A stretch of 64,000 bases of DNA from an uncultured Gemmatimonadaceae bacterium (GCA_963716745.1 OY970320.1:704001-768000), one strand, 5' to 3'; counted from the first letter of the stretch, positions 33,420-46,729 are shown. A program made the numbers and translations. Notes: generated by a model from the letters alone, not told the origin.

Positions 33420-35964
33420 ACTCCACCGCCTCCTCCAGGCGCTTCACGTACTCGGCGCGCGCGTTCCGGATCGTCGCCATCACCGCGGCTTTCTCCGCCG
33501 GCGAATTGTAATCCGTGTTCGCGTCGGCGTCGGCGAGCAGCCGCGAGAGCCACGCCATGAAGAATTGCGTGTCGCGCGCCGAGCGCTGCGGCCGTCCGCC
33601 CACCGTGATGTAGACGGGGCTCGTGGTGGCGAACGGATAGATGTCCAGGATCGGCGCCTGCGAGTGCGCGCTCCACGCGCGCAGCGTGACCCATGAGCTG
33701 TTGTTCACCGTGAGCGTGCGCGTGCCCTGAGCGGACTTGTGATCGGCGCTCAGCGGCAGCGAATCCACGACGGTCCCATTCACCACGATCTCTACCTTGT
33801 CCACCGCCACTATGCTGCGCATGCGGCCGCGGATCGTGAGCTTGGACATCCCATTCGGGAGCGCGATCTCGCTGCCGATCTCGCGGCCGTTCACAGTGAG
33901 TTCGAGCAGCGGTCCGTTCGTCGCGAACGGTCTTCCCCGCCTTGAGCGCGGCGAGGAATGTCGGGATGCGTGAGCGGGACGCCCGCCTTCACGTACACGC
34001 GATTGAGTCCCACCGGCCCGCGCAGCGACGCGTAGTTCGTCATCGCATCCGTGCCGGCGCCCGCCGGGATCCGGAATCCGCAGTTCAGAAGCTTGTACCA
34101 CACGGCGGCCGTGTTGCGGTGATCGCTGAAGCCGAGGATCTCCATGTAGTCCACGAGACCGAGCGCGACGTCCACCGGGAGCTCGCTGTGCAGCGGCGCG
34201 GCTGGTGTCCGCTGGATCCACCGGATCATCGAACGGGTGCACGTAGCCCGTGACGCCGTGCTGCGCCCTCGCGAGCCGCATCACATCGGCGTTCATCGGC
34301 ACGAGGCTCGCGGCCGCGGTGCCTTGATAGCCCGCGTAGCCCGGCAACTGGATGTGATCCGTGATCGCGAGCAATCCGGAGTGGCCCCAGTAGCTCGTGT
34401 GATACTCCTGTCCGCTCACGATGAGATTCGACGCGGTGCTCGCGACGTCGGGCTTGCCCGTGAACCACGCGATGTCGGGGAAACGCTGCCTCCTTGTTCA
34501 CGATCAAATTCTCGATCACGTGCACATCCTCGGCGCGCGCCTGCATCGCGAGTTCCTTGGGCGTGACCACGTAGTGGCCGCCGTAATTCATGTGCACGTG
34601 CAGGTCGGCGGAGTACCAGCCGAGCGCTGGCAGATTCGCGAGGCGGTTCATCGTGATGACGGGCGTCTTGCTGCAGCATTCCCGGCCCGATCGCCGATAC
34701 GACGCGGGTGACCGGCTGGTACTCGAGCCCCTTCGTGACGTTCACCGTCACATCACCTATCGGCACCTCGAGCGAGAACTGCCCGCGCACGTGGAAGTAG
34801 CCGACCTCGAACGCGCGTTCCTTGCGGTCGAACGAATCATCGGCGTGGCGCAGCACGTTGCGCGGCGTCCAGGAGCGGCCGTCGGCGCGTGGTGACCGAA
34901 ACTCGCGCGTCGATGGGCGAGCCATCGGCGGCACGAAGCAGCACCGTCGACGCTCGCCCATCTTCTCGCGATACGCGAGCGAATCCTGCTTCACGCGCGT
35001 GCGCTGGCCGCCGGGCAGCGCCACGGTCCATAGCGAAGTGTTCCCGCCCTCGTTCGAGATGTACGCGATCGCGCTGCCGTCGGGCGCCCAGCGCGGGTTC
35101 GTCGCGTCGTAGTCGCCGTACGTGAGCTCGAACGGATGTCCGCCCTCGCCGGTGGTGAGCCAGAGACCATTCCGCTGCCGGCCCACGTACGAGCTGTACA
35201 CTACGCGCTTGCCGTCGCGCGCCCAGTCGGGACGTGCGCGCCACGACGTTTCCTCGTCATGGATCTCGCGCATCGAATCCGGGTGCGCGATGGAGATCCG
35301 CCACAACGTGCCGGCGCCCCAGATGTGCCCACGGTTCGACACGATGATGAGATCGTTGCCGTCGGCGCTCCACGTGGGCGAGAGATACTGGTCGTACACC
35401 GAGTAGTAGTAGCGCGGCAGATGGCTGTCGTGCTGCGGCGTGATGCGCTTCACGAGTCCGGTCGTGAGGTCCGCGATGGCCACATTGAAGCGGCCTTCGA
35501 ATTGCGTCGTGACGAACGCGATGCGCGTGCCGTCGGGGCTCCATCGCGGCTCGACGTTCACCGCGCCGCCGAGCGTGAGTGGCGTCGTCACACCTGTCGC
35601 GAGATCGAGCACCTGCAGTTCCAGCGCATCGTTCTCATAGCGCACGAACGCGACCTGCTTGCCGTCCGGGCTCCAATCGGGCTGATGATCGTAGCCATGT
35701 CCCCACGTGATCTGGTGCGCGATCGTCGTGCCAATCGTTTGGCGCCACAGCGACCCATTCATCGCGAAGATCACTTCCTTCCCGTCGGGACTCCACGTCA
35801 CGCTGCTCGGCCCGGTGGTCACCTGCGGCAAATACATCTCGTGGTAATAGTACGGGTGCGGCTCGTTGATCTGCTTGAGCACGCCTTCGCGCTGCTGCGC
35901 CGCGAGCGCGCAGGGCGGCGACCACGAAGGCGCACACCGCGATCCAGATCCTGCTTCGATTCAT
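33406..35964 (-). CDS. Secreted TolB/PD40 beta-propeller + CehA/McbA-type PHP-like metallohydrolase; multiple frameshifts
   Basis: WSPDG repeats; GWYSADLHVHMNYGG, GQEYHT, GYVHP, WYKLLNCGFR, AGTD and FATNGPLL across ORFs 33406-35882; signal peptide from ATG 35964. Confidence 0.82.
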
Positions 35965-36722
35965 TTGCCGGCACCCAGCAAGAGGAGTCCCACGTCGTAC
36001 AACGCATGCGTCCACGCGACGATCCCGAAACCGCGCGTCACGTAGATAATGCTGAATAGCAGATCCGCTGATCGCGCGGAACAGGAACGATGGCAGCGAC
36101 AGCTTGTCGCCGAACGGTCCAATGTAGTGGAATGCGGAGAAGATCACCGCCGACAAACCACGGCGAATCCCGCGCTGAATCGCGGGCCCATGCCGAACAC
36201 GTGGCGCCCGAGCGCCATGAGCGCGGTCACCAGCACCACCCGGAAGAGCAACTCCTCGAACACACCCGCGCCGAGCGACACCATGAATTGCGTCGGCGCA
36301 TCGAGCTGCCCACCGACGCCGCCGCCAACGAGCATCATGTGCAGCACGCCGAGCACGCGCTGCGTGAGCAGCGACGCCGTCACTGCGAACACCGCCGCGA
36401 GCAATAGAGACTCCAGCAGCATGAGCACGTACACGGAGCCACGATCGGGCGCGCCGTTCGCGTGCATGTCGCGCGAGACGAGCCACGCGCAGATGCCGAT
36501 CATGATCACGCCGAAGATCGCCGGTCCATAGCGACCGGCCACGGCGTCGAACGCGCCCACCATGATCACCTCGGCGCCGTTGCGCACTCCATGCGTCTCG
36601 GACGGCGGCAGCGCCACCGACAGCGCTTCATACGCCAGGAGCAACGGCATCGCGAAGAGGATCGAGTAGCGCGGGCTGCGGCTCGCGCGCCAGTAGTTCT
36701 GCGTGCCGGCGGACGCGGCCAT
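35961..36722 (-). CDS. CPBP (Abi/Rce1-like) glutamic-type intramembrane protease; frameshifted near 36050-36150
   Basis: GAGVFEELLFR and FSAFHY motifs. Confidence 0.85.
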
Positions 36723-37498
36723 CAGGTGGCTCCTCCCTTGAGGTATCGCTTCTGCGGATCCAGCACGTTTCGCAACAACTCGAGTTCCCGCGCGGTCGGC
36801 GCGCCCACCGGCGCGAGTATATCGCGCACCACGAGCGGCCAGCCGATCAGCGGCACGCATGTCGTTAGCCGACACGCCGGGATAGAGCGCGGCGAGTTCC
36901 ATCTCGCCGGTATCGGCGTTCGCTTCGAGGATGCCGAGGTCGGTGATGATCTTCACGGGGCCGGCGCCGGGCATCCCGAGCTCGCGGCGCGAGCGGCCGC
37001 GCATGCGCTGGCCGGGACTCGTGATGAAATCCACATCCGCCGGGAAACGCGCGCTTGGACGCGCGCGCGATCACGAGCGTCCGTCGCGCGTGTACGGCGA
37101 TCTCCGCGGCGCCGCCGCTGCCCGGCAGCCGCACTTTGGGCTTCGCGTAGTCGCCGACCACCGTCGTGTTGATGTTGCCGTAGCGGTCCACCTGTGCGCC
37201 GCCCAGGAAGCCCGCCTCGATGCGGCCGTTCTGCAGGAAGAACTGGAAGATGTCCGCCATGCCGCACACCATGAGCGCGCCGGTGACGAGCGCGGGATCG
37301 CCGATGGACATCGGGAGCCGCTCCGGCTCGGCGCCCACCGCGCCCGACTCGTAGATGAGCACGAGCGACGGCGCGTGCGTGGCGCGCGCGAGATTGCAGG
37401 CGAGGTTCGGCAGTCCGATCCCCACGAACACCACTTCGCCGTCGCGCAGCTCGCGCGCGGCGACGGCGGTCATCATCTCCTCCGCGGAGTACGCGCGC

Positions 37499-37500
<2 letters not shown>
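36722..37500 (-). CDS. Family I CoA-transferase subunit B (GctB/PcaJ-like); frameshift near 37050
   Basis: VFVGIGLP, IYESG (catalytic Glu), GFLGGAQVDRYGNINTT, RLPGSGGA, VDFITSPG and ITDLG motifs. Confidence 0.9.
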
Positions 37501-39723
<2,223 letters not shown>

Positions 39724-39732
39724 GACCGCACT

Positions 39733-39772
39733 GGAAAGAGGGAAGCGGGAAGCGGGAAGCGGGAAGCGGAAC
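39733..39772. repeat. (GGGAAGC)n heptamer tandem repeat between two co-oriented operon genes
   Basis: gggaagc gggaagc gggaagc gggaagc read at about 39740-39767. Confidence 0.85.
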
Positions 39773-41352
39773 TCACTCCTGCACCACCGTGCTGCTCTGC
39801 TCGCGCATGAATTGCGCGACGTAGTACGGGCCGCAGCCGCCCTTGCCGGTGCTGCCGCTGCCCTTCCAGCCGGTGAACGGTTGCGCGCCGGGCCACGCGC
39901 CGGTCGTAGCACCGGTGCGCTTGTTCGCGTAGCACACGCCGGCCTCGATCTCGTCGAAGAAGCGCTCCACTTCGGCGGGTTCATTCGAGAAGATGCCGGC
40001 GGTGAGTCCGTAATCCGCCTTGTTGGCCTCGGCGAGCGCCGCGTCGAGCGAGGACACCGTCGCGACCGCCAGGAACGGCACGAACAATTCTTCGCGAAAG
40101 AGCGTGCTGTCGAGCGGGAGCGTGGCGATCGTCGGCGCGACGTAGAATCCGCGCGCGAGCGCGCCATCGCGTGAGACGCCGGCCGCCACAGAGCACCGCG
40201 CCTTCCGTTCGCGCCTGCGCCACAGCGCGTTCGTACCGCTCCACCGCCTTCGCATTGATCACGGGACCGAGATACACATCGCGCGCCGATGGATCGCCGA
40301 TCACCAGCGCCGCGGTCTTCGCGAGCAGCAGTTCGGTGAACGGCGCGGCCACGGACTCGTGCACGTAGGCGCGCGAGGTCGCGCTGCATTTCTGATTCTG
40401 CAGACCGAACGCGGAGCGCACCACGCCCTCGGCCGCGGCATCGAGATCCGCGCTCGGCATGACGATCGCCGCGTTCTTGCCTCCCATCTCGAGCAGGCAC
40501 GGCTTCGGATGCTTCGCGCTGAATTCGTGATAGATGCGCATCCCCACCGCCTTCGATCCGGTGAACACCACGCCGTCCACTCCGGGATGCCGCCAGAGCG
40601 CGTCACCCATGATCGAGCCGCGGCCGTGCACGCAGATTGAACACGCCGGCCGGAAGCCCGGCGTCGCGATAGATCTCGTACAGTTTCTGCCCGGTCCACG
40701 GCGTGTCCTCGGCCGGCTTGTAGATCACCGTATTGCCGGCCACGAGCGCCGCGCTCGACATGCCGGCAGAGAGCGCGAGCGGGAAATTGAAGGGCGCGAT
40801 GCACACGAACACCCCGTACGCGCGCAGCACGTCGGTGTTCGTCTCGACCGGCGTCATCTTCGCCATGTCGCGCCGGAAACCCGCCGCCTCCTCCATGAGG
40901 CCGCAGTAGTAGTCAATGAGGTCGGCGCTCTCCTCCGCGTCGCCCATCGATTCGAGACGGCTCTTCCCCACCTCGAGCGCCATGATGGCGGCCAACTCGA
41001 ATTTCCGCTCGCGAATGAGCGCGGCCGCGCGGCGGAGCTGTACCACGCGCGCGCTCCAGCCAATGCGCTCCCACGCGCGTTGCGCGGCGCGCGCCGCGGC
41101 CACAGCGAGGTCCACTTCAGCGGCGCGCGCGGTGTCGAACGTGCCGAGCACGAGTGAGCTGTCGATCGGGCTCGTATCGGTGAGGCGCTCGGCATTGCTG
41201 GATACGGCGCGACCGCCGATGTACATGGGGTAGTGCTTGCCCGCCATCCCGCGAACGCGCGTCACCGCAGCGTCGAACGCCTGGTGGAACGCATCGAGGT
41301 CCACGTTGGTGGACGTGTACGTGATCTTCTGCGGCTGCGTCGCGGCGGTCAT
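39773..41352 (-). CDS. NAD-dependent aldehyde dehydrogenase (P5C-dehydrogenase-like subfamily); frameshifted
   Basis: IAPFNFP, KPAEDTP, FTGS, LEMGGKN, QKCSATS, EELFVP and QPFTGWKGSG motifs. Confidence 0.92.
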
Positions 41353-42737
41353 GCTGACTTCGCGGTGCGGGTGCGCGCGAGCGTGGCGTCCAGCGCGGTC
41401 TCGAAGCGCGTGACGATCTCGCGGATCTCCTCCGCGGTGATCACGAAGGGAGGCGCGAGCATCACGAGGTCGCCGCGCTCGCCGTCGGCGTGGCCGACGT
41501 TCGGCCACACGACGAGACCCGCGTCGAGCGCGCAATCGACGAACGTCTCCGCGAACTTCGCGGCGCGCGGGAATGGCTCGCGCGTCTCGGCGTCGAGCAC
41601 GAACTCCACGCCGGCCAACAACCCGCGTCCGCGCACATCGCCCACGTGCGGCAGCGCCAGCAGCGACTGCAATTCATTGTGGAGTACGGGCCCCATCGCC
41701 GCGCAGCGTTCCACGAGGCGATGCTCGCGCAAATGGCGGATCGTCGCGACGCCCGCGGCGCACATCACCGGATGATGCGAGAACGTCTGCGCATGCATCA
41801 GGCCGCCGGAGCCGCGCGCGAGCACATCCAGGATGCGTTCGGGTGCGACCACCGCCGAGAGCGGCGCGTAACCGCCGGAGATCCCCTTGCCGAGCGTCAT
41901 GATGTCGGGCACCACGCCGTACTGCTGCATCGCGCTCCACGTGCCCGTGCGTCCGGCGCCCGTGAGCACCTCGTCGGCGATGAAGAGCACTTGGTGCCGA
42001 TCGCAGATCTCACGGATCGTCCGGAAATAATCGGGGCGCGGCGTCACCGCGCCGGTGGACGACCCACCGATCGGCTCGGCGATGAACGCCGCGATGCTAT
42101 TCGCACCCTCGCGCACGATCGCTTCCTCCAGCGCCGTGCCGCTGCAGATGGGGCACGCGGGGTCGAGCCCCCCGCATTCGCAGCGGTAGCTGTACGGCGC
42201 CGGCACGCGCGTCACGTTCACCAGCCACGGCTGGAAGAACGTGCGGTAGTGTTCGCGCGCCGACGCCGCGAGCGCGAGCATCGTGTTGCCATGGTAGCCG
42301 GGCGACAGGCTGAGGATCTTCTGCTTCGCGGGCATCCCGCGCTCCACCCAGTATTGTCGCGCGAGCTTGAGCGCGGCCTCCACGGCTTCCGATCCGCTGC
42401 AGAGGAAGAACACCTTGTCGAGATCGCCCGGTGAGAGCGCGGCGATCTCGGCGGCCAGCTCCTCCGCCGGTTCGTTCGTGAAGTGCACGCCGTTCACGTA
42501 GGCGACCTTGCGCGCCTGGGCGGAAAGCGCGTCCGCGATGGAGTGAACGCCGTGCCCGACGTTCGCGACGAAGGCGCCGCCGGAGGCATCGAGATACTTC
42601 TTGCCCGCATCGTCATGCAGCCAGCAGCCCTCGCCGCCCACGATGCGCGGATATGCGCGCGTCAGCTTGCGGTAGAAGACGGCAGTGTCGGGATACCGGA
42701 ACTGAATGGCGGGCTCGCGCGAAGAGGGTCGCCTCAA
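41349..42737 (-). CDS. Class III PLP aminotransferase (omega-amino acid/diamine type); start uncertain
   Basis: YLDASGGA, SGSEAVE, YHGNT, IAEPIGG, DEVLTGAGRTG, LGKG and HAQTF motifs. Confidence 0.92.
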   Translation of the reverse strand: MRRPSSREPAIQFRYPDTAVFYRKLTRAYPRIVGGEGCWLHDDAGKKYLDASGGAFVANVGHGVHSIADALSAQARKVAYVNGVHFTNEPAEELAAEIAALSPGDLDKVFFLCSGSEAVEAALKLARQYWVERGMPAKQKILSLSPGYHGNTMLALAASAREHYRTFFQPWLVNVTRVPAPYSYRCECGGLDPACPICSGTALEEAIVREGANSIAAFIAEPIGGSSTGAVTPRPDYFRTIREICDRHQVLFIADEVLTGAGRTGTWSAMQQYGVVPDIMTLGKGISGGYAPLSAVVAPERILDVLARGSGGLMHAQTFSHHPVMCAAGVATIRHLREHRLVERCAAMGPVLHNELQSLLALPHVGDVRGRGLLAGVEFVLDAETREPFPRAAKFAETFVDCALDAGLVVWPNVGHADGERGDLVMLAPPFVITAEEIREIVTRFETALDATLARTRTAKSA

Positions 42738-42804
42738 GATACGGGCGCGGGCATGGGGTTTCCAGCGAACACAGGGGCGCGCATGGCGTCATGGTATGGC
42801 ATAG

Positions 42805-42834
42805 TTGACAAAACAATATTTCTTGATATATCGT
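42805..42834 (+). promoter_or_regulatory. Sigma70-type promoter with overlapping ArsR-type operator; probably leaderless arsR transcript
   Basis: TTGACA at 42805-10; AACAA-N6-TTGAT at 42812-27 resembles the ATCAA-N6-TTGAT ArsR-family box; TATCGT (TAnnnT) at 42829-34, 5 nt before the ATG; no SD sequence. Confidence 0.7.
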
Positions 42835-42839
42835 TCGGC

Positions 42840-43163
42840 ATGAGTTCGACGCTCACCGCCGATCGCGCGCGCATGGCGCGGCTGTTCCACGCACTCTCCG
42901 ACGAGACGCGCCTCGAGATCATCGAGCTGCTCCGCGGCGGCGAGCGGTGCGTCTGCGAGCTTACTGATGCCCTCGATGCGGCGCAGTCCCGGCTCTCCTT
43001 CCACCTCAAGGTGCTCAAGGAGGCCGGGCTCGTGCACGATCGCGCGCAGGGTCGTTGGACCTACTACACGCTCTGTACCGAGACTCTCGGCGAGGCCGAC
43101 GACGCCGTGGATGCATTGCGTCCCCGGCGCAGCGGCCGCGCCCTACCCGTGAGGTGTTGCTGA
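42840..43163 (+). CDS. arsR: ArsR/SmtB metalloregulator
   Basis: FHALSDETRL, ERCVCEL, QSRLSFHLKVL and C-terminal CC. Confidence 0.93.
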   Translation: MSSTLTADRARMARLFHALSDETRLEIIELLRGGERCVCELTDALDAAQSRLSFHLKVLKEAGLVHDRAQGRWTYYTLCTETLGEADDAVDALRPRRSGRALPVRCC

Positions 43164-43987
43164 TGAGTGTGACCAACGAGGACATCAAGGCGACGGTGAA
43201 GCAGAAATACGGCGAAGCGGCGCTCCGCGCCCAGCAGGGTGACACATCGTCCTGTTGCGGCGGATCGTGCGGCTGTGGGACGGCCGATCCGATCACGTCG
43301 AACCTCTATTCACGCGGCGAAACTGACCAGTTGCCCGAAGGCGCCGTGCTCGCCTCGCTCGGCTGTGGGAATCCCACCGCCCTCGCCGAGCTGCACGCCG
43401 GCGAGACCGTCCTGGATCTCGGTTCGGGCGGCGGCATCGACGTGCTCCTCTCCGCGCGGCGCGTGGGCCCCACCGGCAAGGCGTACGGCCTCGACATGAC
43501 CGACGAGATGCTGGCACTCGCGCGCGAAAATCAGCGTGCCGCCGGCGTGACGAACGCCGAATTCCTCCGCGGCGAGATCGAGCATATCCCGCTGGCGAAC
43601 GATTCGGTGGATGTCATCGTGTCGAACTGCGTGATCAATCTCTCAGCCGACAAGAAGCAGGTGCTCGCGGAGGCCTTCCGGGTGCTCAAGCCGGGCGGAC
43701 GCTTCGCAGTATCGGACGTCGTCGTGCACGGCGAACTGCCGCCGGAGGTGCGCCGGAACATGGAATTGTGGGTCGGCTGCGTCGCGGGTGCGCTCGCTGA
43801 CACGGAATTCCTTTCCCTGCTCGGATCTGCCGGATTCGTCGATGCGAGCATCGAACCGACTCGCGTCTACTCGTTCGACGACGCGAAGGCGTTCCTCGGC
43901 GAGGCGGGCCTCGATGCGACGGAGATCGCACGCGATGTGGAGGGCCGCGTGATGGGCGCGTTCATCCGCGCGCGAAAGCCGGCATAG
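43163..43987 (+). CDS. arsM: Arsenite S-adenosylmethionine methyltransferase
   Basis: [28 protein letters not shown] and WVGCVAGAL motifs; TGATG coupling to arsR. Confidence 0.95.
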   Translation: MSVTNEDIKATVKQKYGEAALRAQQGDTSSCCGGSCGCGTADPITSNLYSRGETDQLPEGAVLASLGCGNPTALAELHAGETVLDLGSGGGIDVLLSARRVGPTGKAYGLDMTDEMLALARENQRAAGVTNAEFLRGEIEHIPLANDSVDVIVSNCVINLSADKKQVLAEAFRVLKPGGRFAVSDVVVHGELPPEVRRNMELWVGCVAGALADTEFLSLLGSAGFVDASIEPTRVYSFDDAKAFLGEAGLDATEIARDVEGRVMGAFIRARKPA

Positions 43988-43989
43988 CC

Positions 43990-44497
43990 ATGGGCGCTCC
44001 CGGGATCGGCGCGCCGCCGCGGCCCTTCCGCCTACTCTTCCTCTGCACGGGGAATTCCGCGCGCAGTCAGATGGCGGAGGCCATGCTCAACGTCAAGGCC
44101 AAGGGACGATTCCTCGCGGAGAGCGCCGGGCTCGGCGCCGGCGGCGCGGGTGAATCCGCTCGCGATCGCCGCGCTGAAGCGTGCCGGCATCGAATGGCAC
44201 GGCCATCCTCCGCGCAGTGTGGATGGTCTCGAGAATGAACCGTGGGATTTCGTGATCACCGTTTGCGACAACGCGCGCGAGGCGTGCCCCATCTTCCCGG
44301 GGCAGCCCATTCTCGCGCACTGGGGGATGGAGGATCCAGCCGAGGTGCAGGGCTCGGATGACGACAAGGCGCGCGCCTTCGAGCACGCGCGCCTCATGAT
44401 CAACCGCCGGATCGATCTGCTGCTCGCGCTGCCGGCGGAGAAACTCGAGCGAATCGCGCTCGCATCCCGCGTACGCGCGATCGGTTCGGAGCCGTAG
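43990..44497 (+). CDS. arsC: Thioredoxin-type arsenate reductase (LMW-PTP fold); frameshift near 44130
   Basis: LFLCTGNSARSQMAE, then VITVCDNAREACP and HWGMEDP in a shifted frame. Confidence 0.9.
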
Positions 44498-44502
44498 CCG
44501 GA

Positions 44503-44739
44503 CTATTCGCCGAAGGGTCGCTGGCCCCCGGGATTCGAGCGGCGCTGCTTGAGCACGACGAGTTGCCAGCCGTCCTGCCAGCGGTCGAACGGGAAATACT
44601 CACCATTCGGTCCCGCGAGTCCACGCCGGTCATCGCGCAATACTCCCCGCGCGATGTGCTTCTTGTTCGCGTCCGTGATCAGAAGATCGGTCCCGGGCTC
44701 GAGCTGTCGCAACTCCCATTCGGGGAACTTGTCGGTCAT
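44503..44739 (-). CDS. 78-aa hypothetical protein downstream of a c-di-GMP riboswitch
   Basis: ATG preceded by GAGGGAGG SD; lies directly 3' of the riboswitch. Confidence 0.75.
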   Translation of the reverse strand: MTDKFPEWELRQLEPGTDLLITDANKKHIARGVLRDDRRGLAGPNGEYFPFDRWQDGWQLVVLKQRRSNPGGQRPFGE

Positions 44740-44769
44740 GGACGTTTTCCTCCCTCAAGCAAGATGGTC

Positions 44770-44862
44770 CGTTCGGCAGCCCGGCCGGCATGGCGCTCTT
44801 TCGAGCACCGAAGCCCCGTGGGCTTTGCGTCCCTGCCTTTCGACAGGTTTGCCATTTCGCGG
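44770..44862 (-). promoter_or_regulatory. c-di-GMP-I (GEMM) riboswitch
   Basis: Minus strand reads GCGAAAUGGCAAACCUGUCGAAAGGCAGGGACGCAAAGCCCACGGGGCUUCGGUGCUCGAAAGAGCGCCAUGCCGGCCGGGCUGCCGAA: hallmark GGCAAAC..GAAA tetraloop..GGACGCAAAGC and the GCUGCCGA 3' end. Confidence 0.9.
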
Positions 44863-45098
44863 CCCTCGCATGAGGACGCACTTGAGACAATGACGCATTA
44901 ATTCCCGCTAAGTAACCGTGAGCGGCGCACGGCGGACTGTCGGCTGTGGGCTGTCGCGTGCGATGGATCGACTCACCGTACCACTTGCTCAGAGAACGGC
45001 ATCTCTTCGGGGTCCGAGCACCGCAACCTGCGACGCGCTTCAATCGTCGTTCCTGTGGACGAGTGTCACTCGGTACAGCCCGCCCTCCACAAGACGAG

Positions 45099-45972
45099 AT
45101 GCGCAAAGCGATCGCCGCGTTCGAACAGGAATTCTCGCAGTGGGGGCTCTCGCTCCCGGCGCAGGATATCGTCGATCGCCAAGCCGGCCACATGGAGCGG
45201 CATGGCTGGAGCGTCGACTATTCCTTCGGGACGGACGCGTTCGGCGAGTTCCTCGAGTACCATGCGCGGCGCGCGGTCGCGAACGAGCCGGTGGTGGAGC
45301 GTCACGCGCGTGTCTATCACAACGGTGAGCGGAATTTCGTGCCGGCGCCGCCGGCCGCCGAGTCGGCCGAGCCGGTCTTTATCCAGCCCGATCCGAACGT
45401 GACGGCTCCGACGCCGGGTTCCGCTCGCCGGCCCACGCTTCCCCCCTGGAAAGCGATGGTGGAGGAGGCCTCGGACGATCACCGCCGCCCGATGACGCCC
45501 GCGCCGCAGCGCGCCGCTTCACGCACGGGCTCCCGCAGCGCCGGCGCGCGTTTCGTGCGCGCACCGAGCGATCCCGATATCCAACCGCATTCATACAGCC
45601 GCGACCGCCGGCCAGCCGCCACCGCTTTCGCGATCGGCATGGGCGCAGCCATTCGTCGTGGCGCTCGGCCTGGCGCTCACCGTGCGCACGATCAAGAACC
45701 GGCGCACGCTCAGCGCCGCGAGCTCGCTGCCGGACAGTCTCGTGCTCGATCCGATCATCGTCTACGCGCCGGAAGTGCTCGGCTTCGCGGTCGACAGTGC
45801 TGCCAGCCGCTTCACGCAACCAATGGTGAGCACGCAGAGCGCCGACCCGAATCGCGCCGAGATCGTGCGGCCGGAGCACGGCATGACCCCGATCATTCCG
45901 AGCGATCCGGGCGTGAAGAAACATCCTGCGCCGGCGGCGACGAGTCGTGGCGGGAAATTTCACGTACCATAA
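45099..45972 (+). CDS. Hypothetical protein with Pro-rich linker and probable TM; frameshifted near 45600-45660
   Basis: Globular N-terminus (MRKAIAAFEQEF...), with a TM-like continuation in ORF 45658-45972. Confidence 0.5.
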
Positions 45973-45977
45973 CGGCG

Positions 45978-46154
45978 AACTGCAGAAGCGACTACAGTCG
46001 ACAGTCTACAGCTCACAGATCACAGTGGTGGCATGACAACAAATGGCATTATAGCAAACCGGCGCCGAGTAGGCGCCGGTTTTTCGTTCTCTGTGACCTG
46101 TTGACTGTAGACTGTCGACTGGCGGTCACTCGTGACTGTTTACTGTTCACTGCA
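45978..46154. repeat. GACTGTN/NACAGTC heptamer inverted repeat enclosing a terminator hairpin
   Basis: cagtcgacagtctacagctcacagatcacag (about 45995-46025) pairs with ctgtgacctgttgactgtagactgtcgactg (46091-46121); the element starts aactgcaga. Confidence 0.85.
46056..46085 (+). terminator. Rho-independent terminator
   Basis: aaaccggcgcc-gagta-ggcgccggtttttc. Confidence 0.8.
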
Positions 46155-46224
46155 AGCTTGGATGCCCTGGTGATGACGTTGCAGTCGAATTGACACCACG
46201 CCCAATCCCGCCCATGCTCAACCC

Positions 46225-46692
46225 ATGACCTGCAAACACTGCGGCAAAGAAATCAGCCCCGACGATAAGATCTGCCCCCACTGCCACGAAGATCTCGTCA
46301 AGAACGCCGGGCGCGGATCATCCTCCACCGCCGCGAAGATCGTGGTCGGCTGCGCCTTCGCGATCGCCGGCGTCTTCGTGATCGGCATCTTCGCCGCCAT
46401 CGCGATCCCGAAATTCGCGAACACGAAAGAGAAAGCCTACGTCGCGTCCATGCGGCAGAATCTCTTCGACCTGCGCACCGCCGAGGAGACTTATCGCGCC
46501 GCGCACGGCATGTTCACGAACGATACGACGCTGGTGCCGCGATCGGGCGCGAACTCGCTCAAATTCACGTCGATCCACCAGGCCGGCTGGGCCGCAGAGA
46601 TCAGCAACCCCGCCACGGCCATCACGTGCGAGATCGGCGTCGGAAGCGATTCCATCCCGAACGTCGGTGACGGCGTCGTGCGCTGCCAGTAG
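46225..46692 (+). CDS. Zinc-ribbon + type IV pilin-like protein
   Basis: CKHC..CPHC N-terminus; VIGIFAAIAIPKFANTKEKAYVASM pilin alpha1 helix; C-terminal Cys pair. Confidence 0.8.
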   Translation: MTCKHCGKEISPDDKICPHCHEDLVKNAGRGSSSTAAKIVVGCAFAIAGVFVIGIFAAIAIPKFANTKEKAYVASMRQNLFDLRTAEETYRAAHGMFTNDTTLVPRSGANSLKFTSIHQAGWAAEISNPATAITCEIGVGSDSIPNVGDGVVRCQ

Positions 46693-46699
46693 GGGAAGC

Positions 46700-46729
46700 G
46701 AGAACGGCGCCCATCAGGGCGCCGTTCTC
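46700..46729. terminator. GC-rich hairpin between convergent genes (probable terminator)
   Basis: gagaacggcgccc-atca-gggcgccgttctc, a perfect 13-bp stem. Confidence 0.7.
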
